Positions 35,702 to 45,795 are shown, counted from the stretch's first letter. The stretch: DNA of 64,000 nucleotides from Myxococcales bacterium (GCA_014240165.1 JAAZXM010000017.1:2381-66380), one strand, 5' to 3'. Notes: generated by a model not told the origin, from the sequence alone. Numbers and translations are program-made.

Positions 35702-37942
35702 ATGACCAGCCGAGACCGAGAGAAAGCAAGCGACGCCGAGATGCCCGACTCCGATAGAGGGAATTCCAAGGACGGGAGCCTCGTTGGGCTGGCTCTCTTC
35801 TGTTGCGGGATCTTCGGTGGAGCTTTCCTGATCTTCTTCGTCCAGCCCATGGTGGCCAAGCGGATTCTGCCTTGGTTCGGGGGTGGCCCCGGTGTCTGGA
35901 CGCTGTGCCTGATGTTCTACCAGTCCACGCTCTTCCTGGGTTACGCGTACGCCCACGCGCTCGTCCGCTTTGCTCGCCCCACGGGCCAACTTGTGATTCA
36001 CGGCATTGTCCTGCTGGTCTCCTTCACTCTTCTCCCGGTGCTTCCCGGCGAGGCATGGAAGCCCGGCTCGGAGGCGGATCCGAGCATTGCGATCCTGAGC
36101 TTGCTGCTGGCGAATGTTGCGCTTCCCTTCTTGGCGCTCGCCGCGACCGGGCCGCTGCTCCAGGCTTGGTTTGCTCGCCGCTATCCTGGCCGCTCCCCGT
36201 ACGGCCTCTATGCGGTTTCCAATATAGGGTCCTTGGCGGCTCTGTTGGCCTTTCCCAGCCTGGTCGAGCCCTTTCTCCCCCTGGAAGCAACCGGGACATA
36301 CTGGTCTACGGGCTTCCTGGTGGCGGGAGCCGTGATTCTCGTCTGCGGGTCGCTTGCCCTGCGCCCCCAGCAAGCGGTCCCCGGAGAGATCCTATCTGAA
36401 GAACTGGATCCGGACGGCCCGGTGGATGGGCAGCGCTTCGCGCTCTGGCTCCTCTTACCCGCCTGCGCCGTCGTTCTGTTGATGGCCGTGACCAACAAGC
36501 TTTGCCTGGACGTGGCGAGCCTTCCCTTTCTCTGGGTCCTTCCGTTGGGGGTCTATCTCGTCAGCTTCATCCTGTGCTTCGGATCGGAACGCTTCTACCC
36601 CCGTTCCTTTTGTGTGGGGGCTGCGGCGGCGGGTCTCGCACTTCAGTACGGCGTCGGGATGTTTCTGCCGTCGTCCCAAACCGGCGCGCCTCTATTCAAT
36701 TCGCTGCCTTTTCAGATATTCCTTTTCGCGTTCATCCTCTTTTCGCTGTGCATGTTGATGCACGGAGAACTCTACCGACTCCGTCCTTCGCCCAGCCGTT
36801 TGACCTTGTTCTACCTCGCCGTTTCGGGCGGGGGCGCCGTGGGGGGATTGTTCGTGGGCCTTGTGGCTCCGAGGGTCTTCGATGGCTATTTCGAGTTGCC
36901 GATCGGGCTTGCCCTGGCGGGCATTCTGATGCTTTGGGTGCTGGGCCGCGACCAGGAGAGTTGGCTCCATGTCGGCGGGCCGCGTTGGCGATTCTCGGCA
37001 ACGGCGGCAGCAGCCGTTGCCCTGATCGGGTACGTCACGGTCCAGACCTTCCAGGTGGATTCGGGCTTGCTTCACCAGGAACGGAGCTTTTTCGGGGTTC
37101 TTCGTGTCAACGAAAGCGCGCCGGGCGACCCCAAGGCGATGCGTCGAAGCCTGGTCCACGGAACCACCTTGCATGGGACTCAATTCCTATCCGACGAACT
37201 TCGGAAGAGGCCGACATCTTATTTCGGCCTGGCAACCGGTATCGGCGTGGCGCTGATGCAGCGGCCTGCGGGAAGATCGCTGAACGTCGGCATTGTGGGC
37301 CTTGGAGTGGGCACCCTGGCGGCGTATGGCCGTAAATCCGACCGCTTTCGTTTCTACGAGATTGATCCCTCGGTCATCGAGATCGCCAGCGATGGAGGCT
37401 ACTTCACCTTCATCTCTGACAGCATGGCTACGGTCGAAATCGTTCAGGGAGACGCGCGGCTCTCGCTCCAGCAGGAACTCGAAGAAACCGGAGGCAATGC
37501 CTTCGATGTTTTGGTCGTCGATGCTTTCAGCAGTGACGCCATTCCCGTGCACCTGATGACGCGAGAATCTTTTGATCTCTATTTCAAGCACTTGAAGCCG
37601 GGCGGGATCCTCGCCGTCCACGTTTCGAATCGCTATTTCGATCTCCGCCCCATTGTCTACCGAATTGGCATAGATATGAACGTCGATATCACCACCTTGA
37701 GCAACGCTCCCGCTGGACTCCGCGTGGCCAGCCCAGCCAAGTGGATCTTCCTGAGCCGCAACGAATCTCGCTTGCGTGGACTCCGAAGCTTCACGCTGAC
37801 CCGCCTCAAGAAGCTGGGCCTGGAGGGTGAGTTTATGTCCTTCGGGGTGCCTGCCCGTGCCGGCTACGAGCAGGTGCCTCTCTGGACGGATGACTACAGC
37901 AGCCTGCTCGCGCTGATTGGGGGCGCCAACCGGGTCAAGTAG
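35702..37942 (+). CDS. Fused polytopic membrane / spermidine-synthase-like (aminopropyl- or methyltransferase fold) protein
   Basis: ATG 35702 (GGGAAG upstream). About 12 TM helices, then a Rossmann module VGIVGLGVGTLAAYG...FRFYEIDPSVIEIA...DVLVVDAFSSDAIPVHLMTRESF. Confidence 0.8.
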   Translation: MTSRDREKASDAEMPDSDRGNSKDGSLVGLALFCCGIFGGAFLIFFVQPMVAKRILPWFGGGPGVWTLCLMFYQSTLFLGYAYAHALVRFARPTGQLVIHGIVLLVSFTLLPVLPGEAWKPGSEADPSIAILSLLLANVALPFLALAATGPLLQAWFARRYPGRSPYGLYAVSNIGSLAALLAFPSLVEPFLPLEATGTYWSTGFLVAGAVILVCGSLALRPQQAVPGEILSEELDPDGPVDGQRFALWLLLPACAVVLLMAVTNKLCLDVASLPFLWVLPLGVYLVSFILCFGSERFYPRSFCVGAAAAGLALQYGVGMFLPSSQTGAPLFNSLPFQIFLFAFILFSLCMLMHGELYRLRPSPSRLTLFYLAVSGGGAVGGLFVGLVAPRVFDGYFELPIGLALAGILMLWVLGRDQESWLHVGGPRWRFSATAAAAVALIGYVTVQTFQVDSGLLHQERSFFGVLRVNESAPGDPKAMRRSLVHGTTLHGTQFLSDELRKRPTSYFGLATGIGVALMQRPAGRSLNVGIVGLGVGTLAAYGRKSDRFRFYEIDPSVIEIASDGGYFTFISDSMATVEIVQGDARLSLQQELEETGGNAFDVLVVDAFSSDAIPVHLMTRESFDLYFKHLKPGGILAVHVSNRYFDLRPIVYRIGIDMNVDITTLSNAPAGLRVASPAKWIFLSRNESRLRGLRSFTLTRLKKLGLEGEFMSFGVPARAGYEQVPLWTDDYSSLLALIGGANRVK

Positions 37943-37945
37943 CTG

Positions 37946-39514
37946 TTAGGGACTCGTGTCTTCTTTTTCGTCACCGGTTTGATTGACGTAGAGGTCGCCG
38001 AGCGTTGTAGCCTTGATATACCGGAGCCCCGGCCGTTGTCCCAGGGCGAAGCGGCTCCGGCCGTCGAGCAGCAGGTAGCGCGATTTAATTTCCCCAAGGC
38101 GCGGTGGGAACTTGAACCACGAGATCCCGATTCCGGCGGGAACGCCGAGCATTTTTCGGTCGGTCGCGATTTCCAGCTCTGCAAGAATCGTGTTCTGCCA
38201 GCCATCCGGGTTCGCGTCGAATTTGATGACGGGAGCGATTTCATCGGCGAAGGCCTGTATCTCAGAGCTTACGGATTCGTATCGGGTAGAAGAAAAGAGG
38301 AAGGTGTAGGCGCCCAGAAAAGAGGGCGTCGCTATGACGTTGATCGCCAGCAGGAGTCCGAGGACGAGATACCTGCGTTGAGCGATGAATATGAGCATGC
38401 TGAGTAAGAGAACCGGCGCCAAGAGCCGAAAATCTCTCCAGCCGAACACTTCGTAGAGGAGTACGGTCATGATTAGGAGAAGCCCTGTGCTTGCCAGGAT
38501 GACTGTGCCCTCTCGGCCGCGGGCGTCGTCAAGGGAGTTCTTCGCCAGGAGAAAGCAGGCCCATGCGAGGGTGATCATGATTTGGAGACGGAGCACCAGC
38601 CAGAGCGTGTGATGACTGGGGTCGACGAATCTGCTGAGGCTCAGCCAGACATGATCAAGGAGGAGAGAGAAGCCTTGGGTAAGGGAAATTCTGGAGGTTT
38701 CGAGTAGTCGGCTGGCAAAGTTGGGATAGGGCGCGGCCAGTTGATTGTGGATACCAAAGGCACAGAGTATGAGAACGGCAGCAAGGCCCAGCGACTGAAC
38801 GACGGAGAGGGAGGTCCGCCCCCGGATTTGCAAGAGCAGAGGGATGAAGAGAAAAGACCAGGTGAGTTTCGAAAGTGTGGCCAGCCCGATCAGCAGGGCG
38901 AAGCCAACGAGAAATCGAGTTGAAGTCGTATCCGGGTCCTTGATGGTTCGATAAAAGAGAGCGGCGAAGACAATCGCCACGGCGTCGAACAAGCTGAGCC
39001 GCATATCAGTGGCCATGTAGATATGCATGGGCCAGAAGGTGAGTACGGCGAGACCCAGCAAGAGCAATTGTGTCCGGTCCGGCCTGGAAACCCAGATGAA
39101 GAAAAGGAGCGCCAGGCCAGTGAGGGTGGCGCTGACGATGGGGGCGGAATTGATCTCCCAGCCGAAGATGCGCCCGAGGGTTCCCAGCAGTACGGGGTAG
39201 GCGGGGCCATGGGCGTAGAAGCGGCTGAAGCCGAGAGGGGAGGGCTCCTCGTTGACGGTGTAGTAGCCGCCATCGAAGCCAGCGACGCGGAAGGTCGCTA
39301 TCTGGTGCCAATTGTAGATTTCATCGGACCATTGGGGCGCGTAGGCGCGCGGGTCAGCCCCGAGATGAACTGTGACCAGCCAGAGGCTGACGAGTACCGG
39401 CAGCAAAATGATTGCCAGGCTCAAGAAGGTCTCGACCGCACCGAAGGGTCGTCTGGGCTCTCCCTTCCCAGGGCTCTCCGGGGTAGAGCCGAGCATTCTC
39501 TTTATGAAACTCAA
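37946..39514 (-). CDS. Polytopic membrane protein, GT-C-like glycosyltransferase candidate
   Basis: 522 aa, more than 10 TM helices, acidic first-loop motif PQWSDEIYNWHQI reminiscent of ArnT/PMT-type GT-C enzymes, and a soluble C-terminal domain. Confidence 0.7.
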   Translation of the reverse strand: MSFIKRMLGSTPESPGKGEPRRPFGAVETFLSLAIILLPVLVSLWLVTVHLGADPRAYAPQWSDEIYNWHQIATFRVAGFDGGYYTVNEEPSPLGFSRFYAHGPAYPVLLGTLGRIFGWEINSAPIVSATLTGLALLFFIWVSRPDRTQLLLLGLAVLTFWPMHIYMATDMRLSLFDAVAIVFAALFYRTIKDPDTTSTRFLVGFALLIGLATLSKLTWSFLFIPLLLQIRGRTSLSVVQSLGLAAVLILCAFGIHNQLAAPYPNFASRLLETSRISLTQGFSLLLDHVWLSLSRFVDPSHHTLWLVLRLQIMITLAWACFLLAKNSLDDARGREGTVILASTGLLLIMTVLLYEVFGWRDFRLLAPVLLLSMLIFIAQRRYLVLGLLLAINVIATPSFLGAYTFLFSSTRYESVSSEIQAFADEIAPVIKFDANPDGWQNTILAELEIATDRKMLGVPAGIGISWFKFPPRLGEIKSRYLLLDGRSRFALGQRPGLRYIKATTLGDLYVNQTGDEKEDTSP

Positions 39515-39606
39515 TCCGGCCCCTCAGAGGGTTCATTGACTTGCACAAGACAGTACGTAATGGCGCGCGGAGACTCTAGTCGCAGCGGGAAGAGCTCCGT
39601 ATAGAA

Positions 39607-40806
39607 GTGCTCAGGGTGCGCAGTGGGATGGGCGCCGGTATTCTTTGGTTGATGAGCGCTCGTATTGGGGAAGATCCGCCGGGCCGAAGAAGCGAGTACC
39701 TCGTTGTTGCGGCTCTGGTTGGCGCTACGGCGCTTTTTTCCCTTCCCATCCTGGGGAATCTGAGCCAGCAGTACATGGATTTCGGTCCGCATCTCGAGTT
39801 TACGCGGTCGCTGATCCGGACGGGCGAGACCTCGCTTCCCCATTTCGTATTTCAATACGGGGTGATCTTCCTCTTCCGCCTGGGCCTTGGCTTCGGGGCC
39901 AGTGCGGTTGCCCTCTGCCTGGCCGCCATGGTGGCCACGACGTTGGTGCTCTATTGGATTTTTCGGAAGGAAACCCGCCCCTGGCTCGCTGGGTTGCTGA
40001 GCCTGGCCATGGGGGTGATCGGGCCCCTCAGCCTCGTGACCCTGATGGAGCAAGAACTCTATCTGGGTTACATCACGCCGAATACCTACCACAACCCGAC
40101 CCTGATTCTTCTCAAGCCCACGGCCCTGGGTCTGATGTGGTTCGGGCTCCGCGCTTTTGATTCGGGGGTTTCCAAACCGCGCTGGGGCCTCGTTGGGGCG
40201 GCTGCATTTCTTTCGGTGCTTTCGTGCATCACGAAACCGAGCTTCCAAATCGCGTTTCTGCCCGGGTTGGGGCTGCTCACAGCCTTGGCCCTCGTCTCGC
40301 GAAGGGAAGTCGATCTGCGGCTCTGCGTGCTCGGTATTGCTCTGCCTTCATTCGGTGTCCTCGGCTGGCAATACCTTGTGAATTTCAGCGATCCCAGCGC
40401 CGCCCAGATCATTCTTTCACCGCTCGGCGTGCTCAGCCGCTTCAGCGATCAGCTCTTCATGAAGCTGGTTCTCTCCCTGGCCTTTCCCCTGGCCCTCACC
40501 CTGACCTTTTTCCCCCAGGCGAGGCGGGAACCGTTGCTCCAGATCGCCTGGGCGACCGCGCTCTTTGGCTTTCTCTACAGCTACTTCCTGGCGGAATCTG
40601 GCGAGCGCTTCGTTCACGGGAATTTTCTCTGGAGCGGATATATCGCGACCTTCGTGCTCTATGCCGCCAGCCTGGTCGTCCTGCTTCGCCAGCAAAAGGG
40701 CAGGGGCATGGCCCTGTGCTGGGCGCTATTCGGGCTCCACGTGATCAGCGGAGCCATCTTCGCCTTCACCCAGACTCTCGGCAAGCAATACGTCAACTGG
40801 TGGTAG
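39607..40806 (+). CDS. Polytopic membrane protein, unknown family
   Basis: About 10-11 TM helices and GC3-rich codons. Start uncertain (GTG 39607, ATG 39628 or 39652). Confidence 0.65.
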   Translation: MLRVRSGMGAGILWLMSARIGEDPPGRRSEYLVVAALVGATALFSLPILGNLSQQYMDFGPHLEFTRSLIRTGETSLPHFVFQYGVIFLFRLGLGFGASAVALCLAAMVATTLVLYWIFRKETRPWLAGLLSLAMGVIGPLSLVTLMEQELYLGYITPNTYHNPTLILLKPTALGLMWFGLRAFDSGVSKPRWGLVGAAAFLSVLSCITKPSFQIAFLPGLGLLTALALVSRREVDLRLCVLGIALPSFGVLGWQYLVNFSDPSAAQIILSPLGVLSRFSDQLFMKLVLSLAFPLALTLTFFPQARREPLLQIAWATALFGFLYSYFLAESGERFVHGNFLWSGYIATFVLYAASLVVLLRQQKGRGMALCWALFGLHVISGAIFAFTQTLGKQYVNWW

Positions 40807-40818
40807 CGCGGGCCGCTT

Positions 40819-41961
40819 TCAACCGACGCGGAAAGCCTGGACGGCTTCGATGACTTCAGCCTGTTCGCTGTCCTCGAGGCCCGAGTAGAGCGGGAGCCGA
40901 AGCAGGGTGTCGCCCACGTTTTCGGCCACCGGGCATTGGCCGGCACGGCCGCCGAACTGGTTTCCCATCTGCGAAAGATGCAGCGCCTGGTAATGAAAGA
41001 CAGCGAGGATTCCGCGTTCGCCCAGGTGTTCGATCAACCGCGACCGGGCATCCGCCGTGGGCAGGATCATGTAGTAGAGATGGGCGGGGTGGGTGCAATG
41101 CCCGGGCACGTGGGGAAGGCCGATGCCCTGGCCCTCGGCCCAAACGGCGAGCTCTTCCTGGTAAAGCTGCCAGATGCTCTCTCGGCGCTGCTGGATCTGA
41201 TCTCGTGCTTCGAGTTGGGCGCAGAGGAAAGCGGCCAGAATCTCGGAGGGGAGGTAGCTGGAGCCCACATCCACCCAGGTGTATTTGTCGGTCTGGCCCC
41301 GTAGGAAACGGCTCCTATCCGTGCCTTTTTCGCGCAGGATCTCGGCGCGCTCGGCCCAATCGGCGCGGTTGATCACCAATGCGCCGCCCTCGCCACAGAT
41401 GAAATTCTTGGTTTCGTGAAAACTCTGGGTGGCGAGGCAGCCGAAAGTTCCGAGTGGTTGGTCGCGGTATGTCCCGAGCAGCCCGTGCGCGTTGTCCTCC
41501 ACAATCGGGACTCCAGTTTCGCGAGAGATGGCTTCGATGGCGTCCATCTCGCAGGCGATTCCGCCGTAGTGGAGCACGACGATGGCGCGGGTCCTCTCGG
41601 TGATCTTTTCGCGTAATTGGGTCTCGTCGAGGTTGAGCGTATCCGGACGGATATCGACGAAGATGGGTTTCGCACCGTGCAGGGCGAAAGCGCCCGCCGT
41701 GGTGACGAAAGCGAAGGAGGGGACGATGACTTCATCGCCTTCCTTGATGTCCAGGAGCAGGGCGCACATTTCGAGAGCATGGGTGCAGGAGGTCGTGAGC
41801 AGGGTCGGGCTGCCCCCCAGCCAACTCGAGAGCAGTTCCGAGCAGCGCGCGGTGAAAGGGCCGTCGCCTGCGGAGTGGCCGCCTTCGATTGCACCGCGGA
41901 CGTATTCGATCTCCTCACCCACGATAGAAGGCCGATTGAATGGGATCCGATAGGCGGCCAT
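40819..41961 (-). CDS. wecE: DegT/DnrJ/EryC1 aminotransferase, WecE-like (dTDP-4-amino-4,6-dideoxygalactose transaminase type)
   Basis: Start MAAYRIPFNRPS at 41961. Motifs TSCTHALEM, SFHETKN (PLP lysine), GEGGAL and TDRSRFLRGQTDKYTWVDVGSSYLPSE. The track ORF is over-extended to 42090. Confidence 0.85.
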   Translation of the reverse strand: MAAYRIPFNRPSIVGEEIEYVRGAIEGGHSAGDGPFTARCSELLSSWLGGSPTLLTTSCTHALEMCALLLDIKEGDEVIVPSFAFVTTAGAFALHGAKPIFVDIRPDTLNLDETQLREKITERTRAIVVLHYGGIACEMDAIEAISRETGVPIVEDNAHGLLGTYRDQPLGTFGCLATQSFHETKNFICGEGGALVINRADWAERAEILREKGTDRSRFLRGQTDKYTWVDVGSSYLPSEILAAFLCAQLEARDQIQQRRESIWQLYQEELAVWAEGQGIGLPHVPGHCTHPAHLYYMILPTADARSRLIEHLGERGILAVFHYQALHLSQMGNQFGGRAGQCPVAENVGDTLLRLPLYSGLEDSEQAEVIEAVQAFRVG

Positions 41962-41963
41962 GT

Positions 41964-42698
41964 CTACTGCGCCTCGCCAAGCCAGAGGTGATAGGAATTT
42001 TCGACCGAGATCGTCTTGAAGCCTTTGGACTCGTAGAGCCTCGACGCCGGGATATTGCGTGCCTGGGTGACTACCTGAATGCGCTCGCAACCTTCCCCCG
42101 CCAACCAGCCCAGGGCCCCCTCGACCATTCGCGCGCCGTAGCCCCGGCCCGCCTGATCGGCGGCCACCGCCACCAGGCCGAGGTTTCCGAGATCCGGTTC
42201 CGGGTGTTCGCAGGTGACGTAGCCCACGACGCGCTGCTCCGAGCGAGCGACCACCACCGCTGCGGCTGCCCCCGCACAGGCATTCCGGATCCAGGTTTCA
42301 TAGAGATCGTCGCAGCGCGAGCGGGAAAACGAGGAGTCGTGGTAGAAGCGGCTGTCGCCATGACTCTCCCTGGCAATGGCACAGAGCGCTTCAAGATCGG
42401 CTTCCTGGGAGAAGCCGATCTCGGGAGGCATTGCCCGGTTCTTTTCATCCGGGGCCAGCCGCTCTCGGGTGACTCGCACATCGACGAGTTGGAAGCCTGC
42501 TTTCTCGGCGTTTCGGACGGCTTCGGAGTCGCCAGCATCCACCAGCAGGTAGAGGCACTCCACCGCTTCGTCCCGGGCCTGGGCGAGAATATCGGACGCG
42601 GAACTGGGGCCGAACGCCTTTTTGTCGACCCGTGCGATTCGGCGCCCGAAGAAATCGGTATCCCACGCCAGCAGCGAAAAGCCGGCCGCGTCGCTCAT
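41964..42698 (-). CDS. GNAT acetyltransferase, WecD-like (dTDP-fucosamine acetyltransferase type)
   Basis: N-terminus LLAWDTDFFGRRIARV, typical of WecD. C-terminal GNAT core VAVAADQAGRGYGARMV. ATGA overlap with the upstream GT2 stop. Confidence 0.7.
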   Translation of the reverse strand: MSDAAGFSLLAWDTDFFGRRIARVDKKAFGPSSASDILAQARDEAVECLYLLVDAGDSEAVRNAEKAGFQLVDVRVTRERLAPDEKNRAMPPEIGFSQEADLEALCAIARESHGDSRFYHDSSFSRSRCDDLYETWIRNACAGAAAAVVVARSEQRVVGYVTCEHPEPDLGNLGLVAVAADQAGRGYGARMVEGALGWLAGEGCERIQVVTQARNIPASRLYESKGFKTISVENSYHLWLGEAQ

Positions 42699-43675
42699 TC
42701 TGCGCCTGGAGTCTCGGCGGCCGGCGCGTAGCCCCGGTCTGAGGTTGAGGATCGCACGGTATAGGCGGGTTGTTCCATGCTTCGGAAATGCATGCGCGCA
42801 AGATACTCGCCGATAATCCCCAGGGCAAAGAGTTGCGCGCCCGAGAAAATAGCCACGATGGATGCCAGGAAGGGAAAGCCCGGCACGCTGGTCCCCTCGA
42901 TCATGTAGCGACCCAATACGAAGCCAAGAATCAGGACGCCCACCAGGGTAAAGGCGAAGCCGACAAGGCTGGCAATTTGAAGGGGGACGACGCTGAAGCC
43001 GGTCATCATATTCAACGCGTGGACCACCAGTCGGCGGACGGTGTAGTTGGATTGGCCGTCCCGGCGGGTATCGTGCTGGACCTCCACTGAGACAAAGCGG
43101 CTCGTGCCCCAGGTCAGCAGGACATCGATGGAGACGAAGGGCCCCGGATAGCTGGCGAAGGCTTCCCGGACCTTGGTGCGAAAGGCCCGGAACGCGCTGA
43201 CCTTTCGGGCGGTCTCGGCCCCCATCCCGCCGCTCAGGGCGAGCTTCGTGATTCTCGACGCCAGGTCCCGCCAGAGGCCGTGTTGCTCTCGATGAGGGGT
43301 TCCATAGACGACGTCGTAGCCTTCGCCGATGGGCTCCAGAAGCTTGGGTATCTCCTCTGGAGGGTTTTGGAGATCGTCATCCATGGTGATGACGACTTCA
43401 AAGCGGGCTTCGCGGATTCCGCAGAGCAGCGCGTTGTGTTGGCCATAGTTACGCATCAGCCGAATCCCACGGACCCACTCGTGCCGCTCCGCAAGCGCTT
43501 CAATGACCTGCCAGGTGCCGGCCGGGCTGCAATCATCGACCAGGATCAACTCATACGCGTCGGCGTTCTCGCTCAGCACCGTTTTCAGTCGCGTGACGAG
43601 CTTCGGCAGCGACTCATCGCTGTTGTACACCGGAACGACGACGCTCAGGGTTCTTGGATCGCGCGCTGCTGCCAT
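42695..43675 (-). CDS. GT2 polyprenyl-phosphate glycosyltransferase (ArnC/GtrB/DPM1-like)
   Basis: ATG 43675 (GAGGTG upstream). Motifs SVVVPVYNS, LILVDDCS, MDDDLQNPPEEIPKL and two C-terminal TM helices. Confidence 0.88.
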   Translation of the reverse strand: MAAARDPRTLSVVVPVYNSDESLPKLVTRLKTVLSENADAYELILVDDCSPAGTWQVIEALAERHEWVRGIRLMRNYGQHNALLCGIREARFEVVITMDDDLQNPPEEIPKLLEPIGEGYDVVYGTPHREQHGLWRDLASRITKLALSGGMGAETARKVSAFRAFRTKVREAFASYPGPFVSIDVLLTWGTSRFVSVEVQHDTRRDGQSNYTVRRLVVHALNMMTGFSVVPLQIASLVGFAFTLVGVLILGFVLGRYMIEGTSVPGFPFLASIVAIFSGAQLFALGIIGEYLARMHFRSMEQPAYTVRSSTSDRGYAPAAETPGAE

Positions 43676-43821
43676 GCTGGGCACCTCGCCGGGGAGTGGC
43701 CGATTTTACTCCAAGGTGGTTGACAGATCCGCGAAAACCAGTGAAATCGGTCCTGCCTCCGGCATGGAAGCCGCCCGCGTCTTGGGGCGAAACTAGCAGA
43801 GAGCCACCGAGCCAACATCGA

Positions 43822-45795
43822 ATGGAAAGATACGAGACTTATCTCGGGCTCCTCGGGGCAAGTGAACAGGGGGTGCTGGCCCTGGCCGGCTGGTCGGGAG
43901 TCGGTCTGGTCCTGATCCTGGCATTCGGGCTGTGGGTGCCCCTCGGACTCGGCCCCGTGCGTGCCTGGGCGGTTCGCGACGGTGGCGGCGAGGGCGCCGC
44001 GGCCCCCATGGACTGGGCCCGGGTTTTGCCGGTCGGTCTCGCGTCGGGGCTGGCGCTCGCCGTGGGTGCCTGGACGTTTTCGCTCTTTCTCTTCGGCGAT
44101 TTCCTGCTCGGAAACGCGATTCTCTGTCTGGCCGGGCTCTCGAGTGTCGGGCTTGCGTGGGCGGGGCGAGCGCGGCTGCCTGGTGTTTTGGGTCAGGCCG
44201 GAGTTTTTGTATGCGTATCGCTTTTCGCCCTGGGGCTCGGGCTCTGGCACCACGCCGCGACGGATATGTCGGTTGACCAGGGTGCCGCGCGCCTGGTCTT
44301 TTCAGACCTTCAGCGGGACGTGGGCGCACATATCACCATGGCGGGTCTGGTCCGTGACGGCGGTCTACCCATGCAGAACTTGTGGGGCTCGGGGGAACAC
44401 GAGTACTGGATCCTCTCGCATACCGGCCACCTGGCTCTGATCTCGGGTCTCTCGGAACTCCTCGGAATCAGTCTCTACCGCGCTTCGAGCGTGCTCTGGA
44501 TCAACGCGATGCTGCTGACTGTCTGGGCCGCGCTCGGACTGCTCGTGGGAGCGCGGATTCCCGCTGCTTTTCGCTTCATACTCGTCGGGGCGACCCTGGT
44601 CTGGGGCGCCGCTGCATTTCCCGATTTTCACCGCATTTACGATCCCATGCGCGAGGCGTCGGCCGGGGGCTTCGAACTCGATGCACCGGGCTACTGGGTC
44701 GCGGCCAGGGCCTTTTGGAATCTCCCTCAGGCGCTTTCCATCGCGCTCACGTTCGGCGCCCTCCTGCTGATTCAGGCCTTCGCGGCCGTTCGGCAAGCCC
44801 GTCCCGGGCTCCCATGGTTGCTCGTGGTGGGGACCTGTCTCGCGGTTGCTGGGGGATGGACGAAGCCGTCGATCATCGTCTTCTACGGGCCGGCTCTGCT
44901 CCTCTGGCTCGCGCTCAACCGGGCGGGGACAAGAGAATATCTGTCCGTCGGGGTTCCGCTGCTGATCGGGGGCTTCGTTTACTCGATCCCGGCGGTCTTT
45001 TTTGACCTGCCCGAGGGTTCGAATTGGTCCTCGCTCCCGGGCTTGGATCAATGGAGCAGGGTGGGTGGCTTCATCGTGGCCGCTGGCGCTGGCCTCGCGA
45101 TACTTGCCCTTTACCCCCTTGTGAACATGGCGAAGTCATGGAGCCAACCGGCCGAATACCGTGTCCTGGACTTGGCGCTCCTGGCGGCCGGAGGAAGCGT
45201 GCTCTTCTCCTTGCTCTTCAGCGAGGACGCTTTCGTGGGCGATCGGGTCTTCCAGCCGAATATCTGGTGGGGAATGTCGGCGTGCTTCGTTCTCGGGGTG
45301 CCCTTGCTGGGACGAAAGGGCTTCGGGATGCTGGGCGATTCAGGCTGGAGGAGCCTGGCCGCTGGCGTGGGTCTCGCCCTGGGTCTGCTGCACGTCTTCA
45401 ATGGCTTTTGCCTGGCCATCGTCTACCCGGCTCTCAATTTGCGCGGTCACCTCGCTTCCGATGCCGAGGTTTTGGCTGGCGCCCGGGAGCAGACACTGCC
45501 GGGCACGCGCTTCGCCCTGGACCCCACCCTCCAGGAATACGATCTTCTCGGCTATCTCGCCCGTCCAACCCTGATGAAGGCGCGAACCGCGTCGGTGGCC
45601 CAGAGCCAGGATTTCGACGCTTGGCAGGCCTTTGTCCAGGGGCCCCGGGCGTCCCGCATGCCCTTTCTTGGGAGCCTCGATGCGATCGTCCTGCGGAGAG
45701 ATCGTCGCTCCGTCGCCCGGGCGCTGTTGTCACGGAACTGGGTTGGGGCAAGTTTGGATGGGCGCTATGACCTTTGGCTTGCGCCGGCCCGCTGA
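43822..45795 (+). CDS. Large polytopic membrane protein, possible GT-C-type transferase or polymerase
   Basis: Start MERYETYLG at 43822. About 14 TM helices plus a C-terminal soluble tail. Divergent from the GT2-wecD-wecE operon. Confidence 0.7.
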   Translation: MERYETYLGLLGASEQGVLALAGWSGVGLVLILAFGLWVPLGLGPVRAWAVRDGGGEGAAAPMDWARVLPVGLASGLALAVGAWTFSLFLFGDFLLGNAILCLAGLSSVGLAWAGRARLPGVLGQAGVFVCVSLFALGLGLWHHAATDMSVDQGAARLVFSDLQRDVGAHITMAGLVRDGGLPMQNLWGSGEHEYWILSHTGHLALISGLSELLGISLYRASSVLWINAMLLTVWAALGLLVGARIPAAFRFILVGATLVWGAAAFPDFHRIYDPMREASAGGFELDAPGYWVAARAFWNLPQALSIALTFGALLLIQAFAAVRQARPGLPWLLVVGTCLAVAGGWTKPSIIVFYGPALLLWLALNRAGTREYLSVGVPLLIGGFVYSIPAVFFDLPEGSNWSSLPGLDQWSRVGGFIVAAGAGLAILALYPLVNMAKSWSQPAEYRVLDLALLAAGGSVLFSLLFSEDAFVGDRVFQPNIWWGMSACFVLGVPLLGRKGFGMLGDSGWRSLAAGVGLALGLLHVFNGFCLAIVYPALNLRGHLASDAEVLAGAREQTLPGTRFALDPTLQEYDLLGYLARPTLMKARTASVAQSQDFDAWQAFVQGPRASRMPFLGSLDAIVLRRDRRSVARALLSRNWVGASLDGRYDLWLAPAR

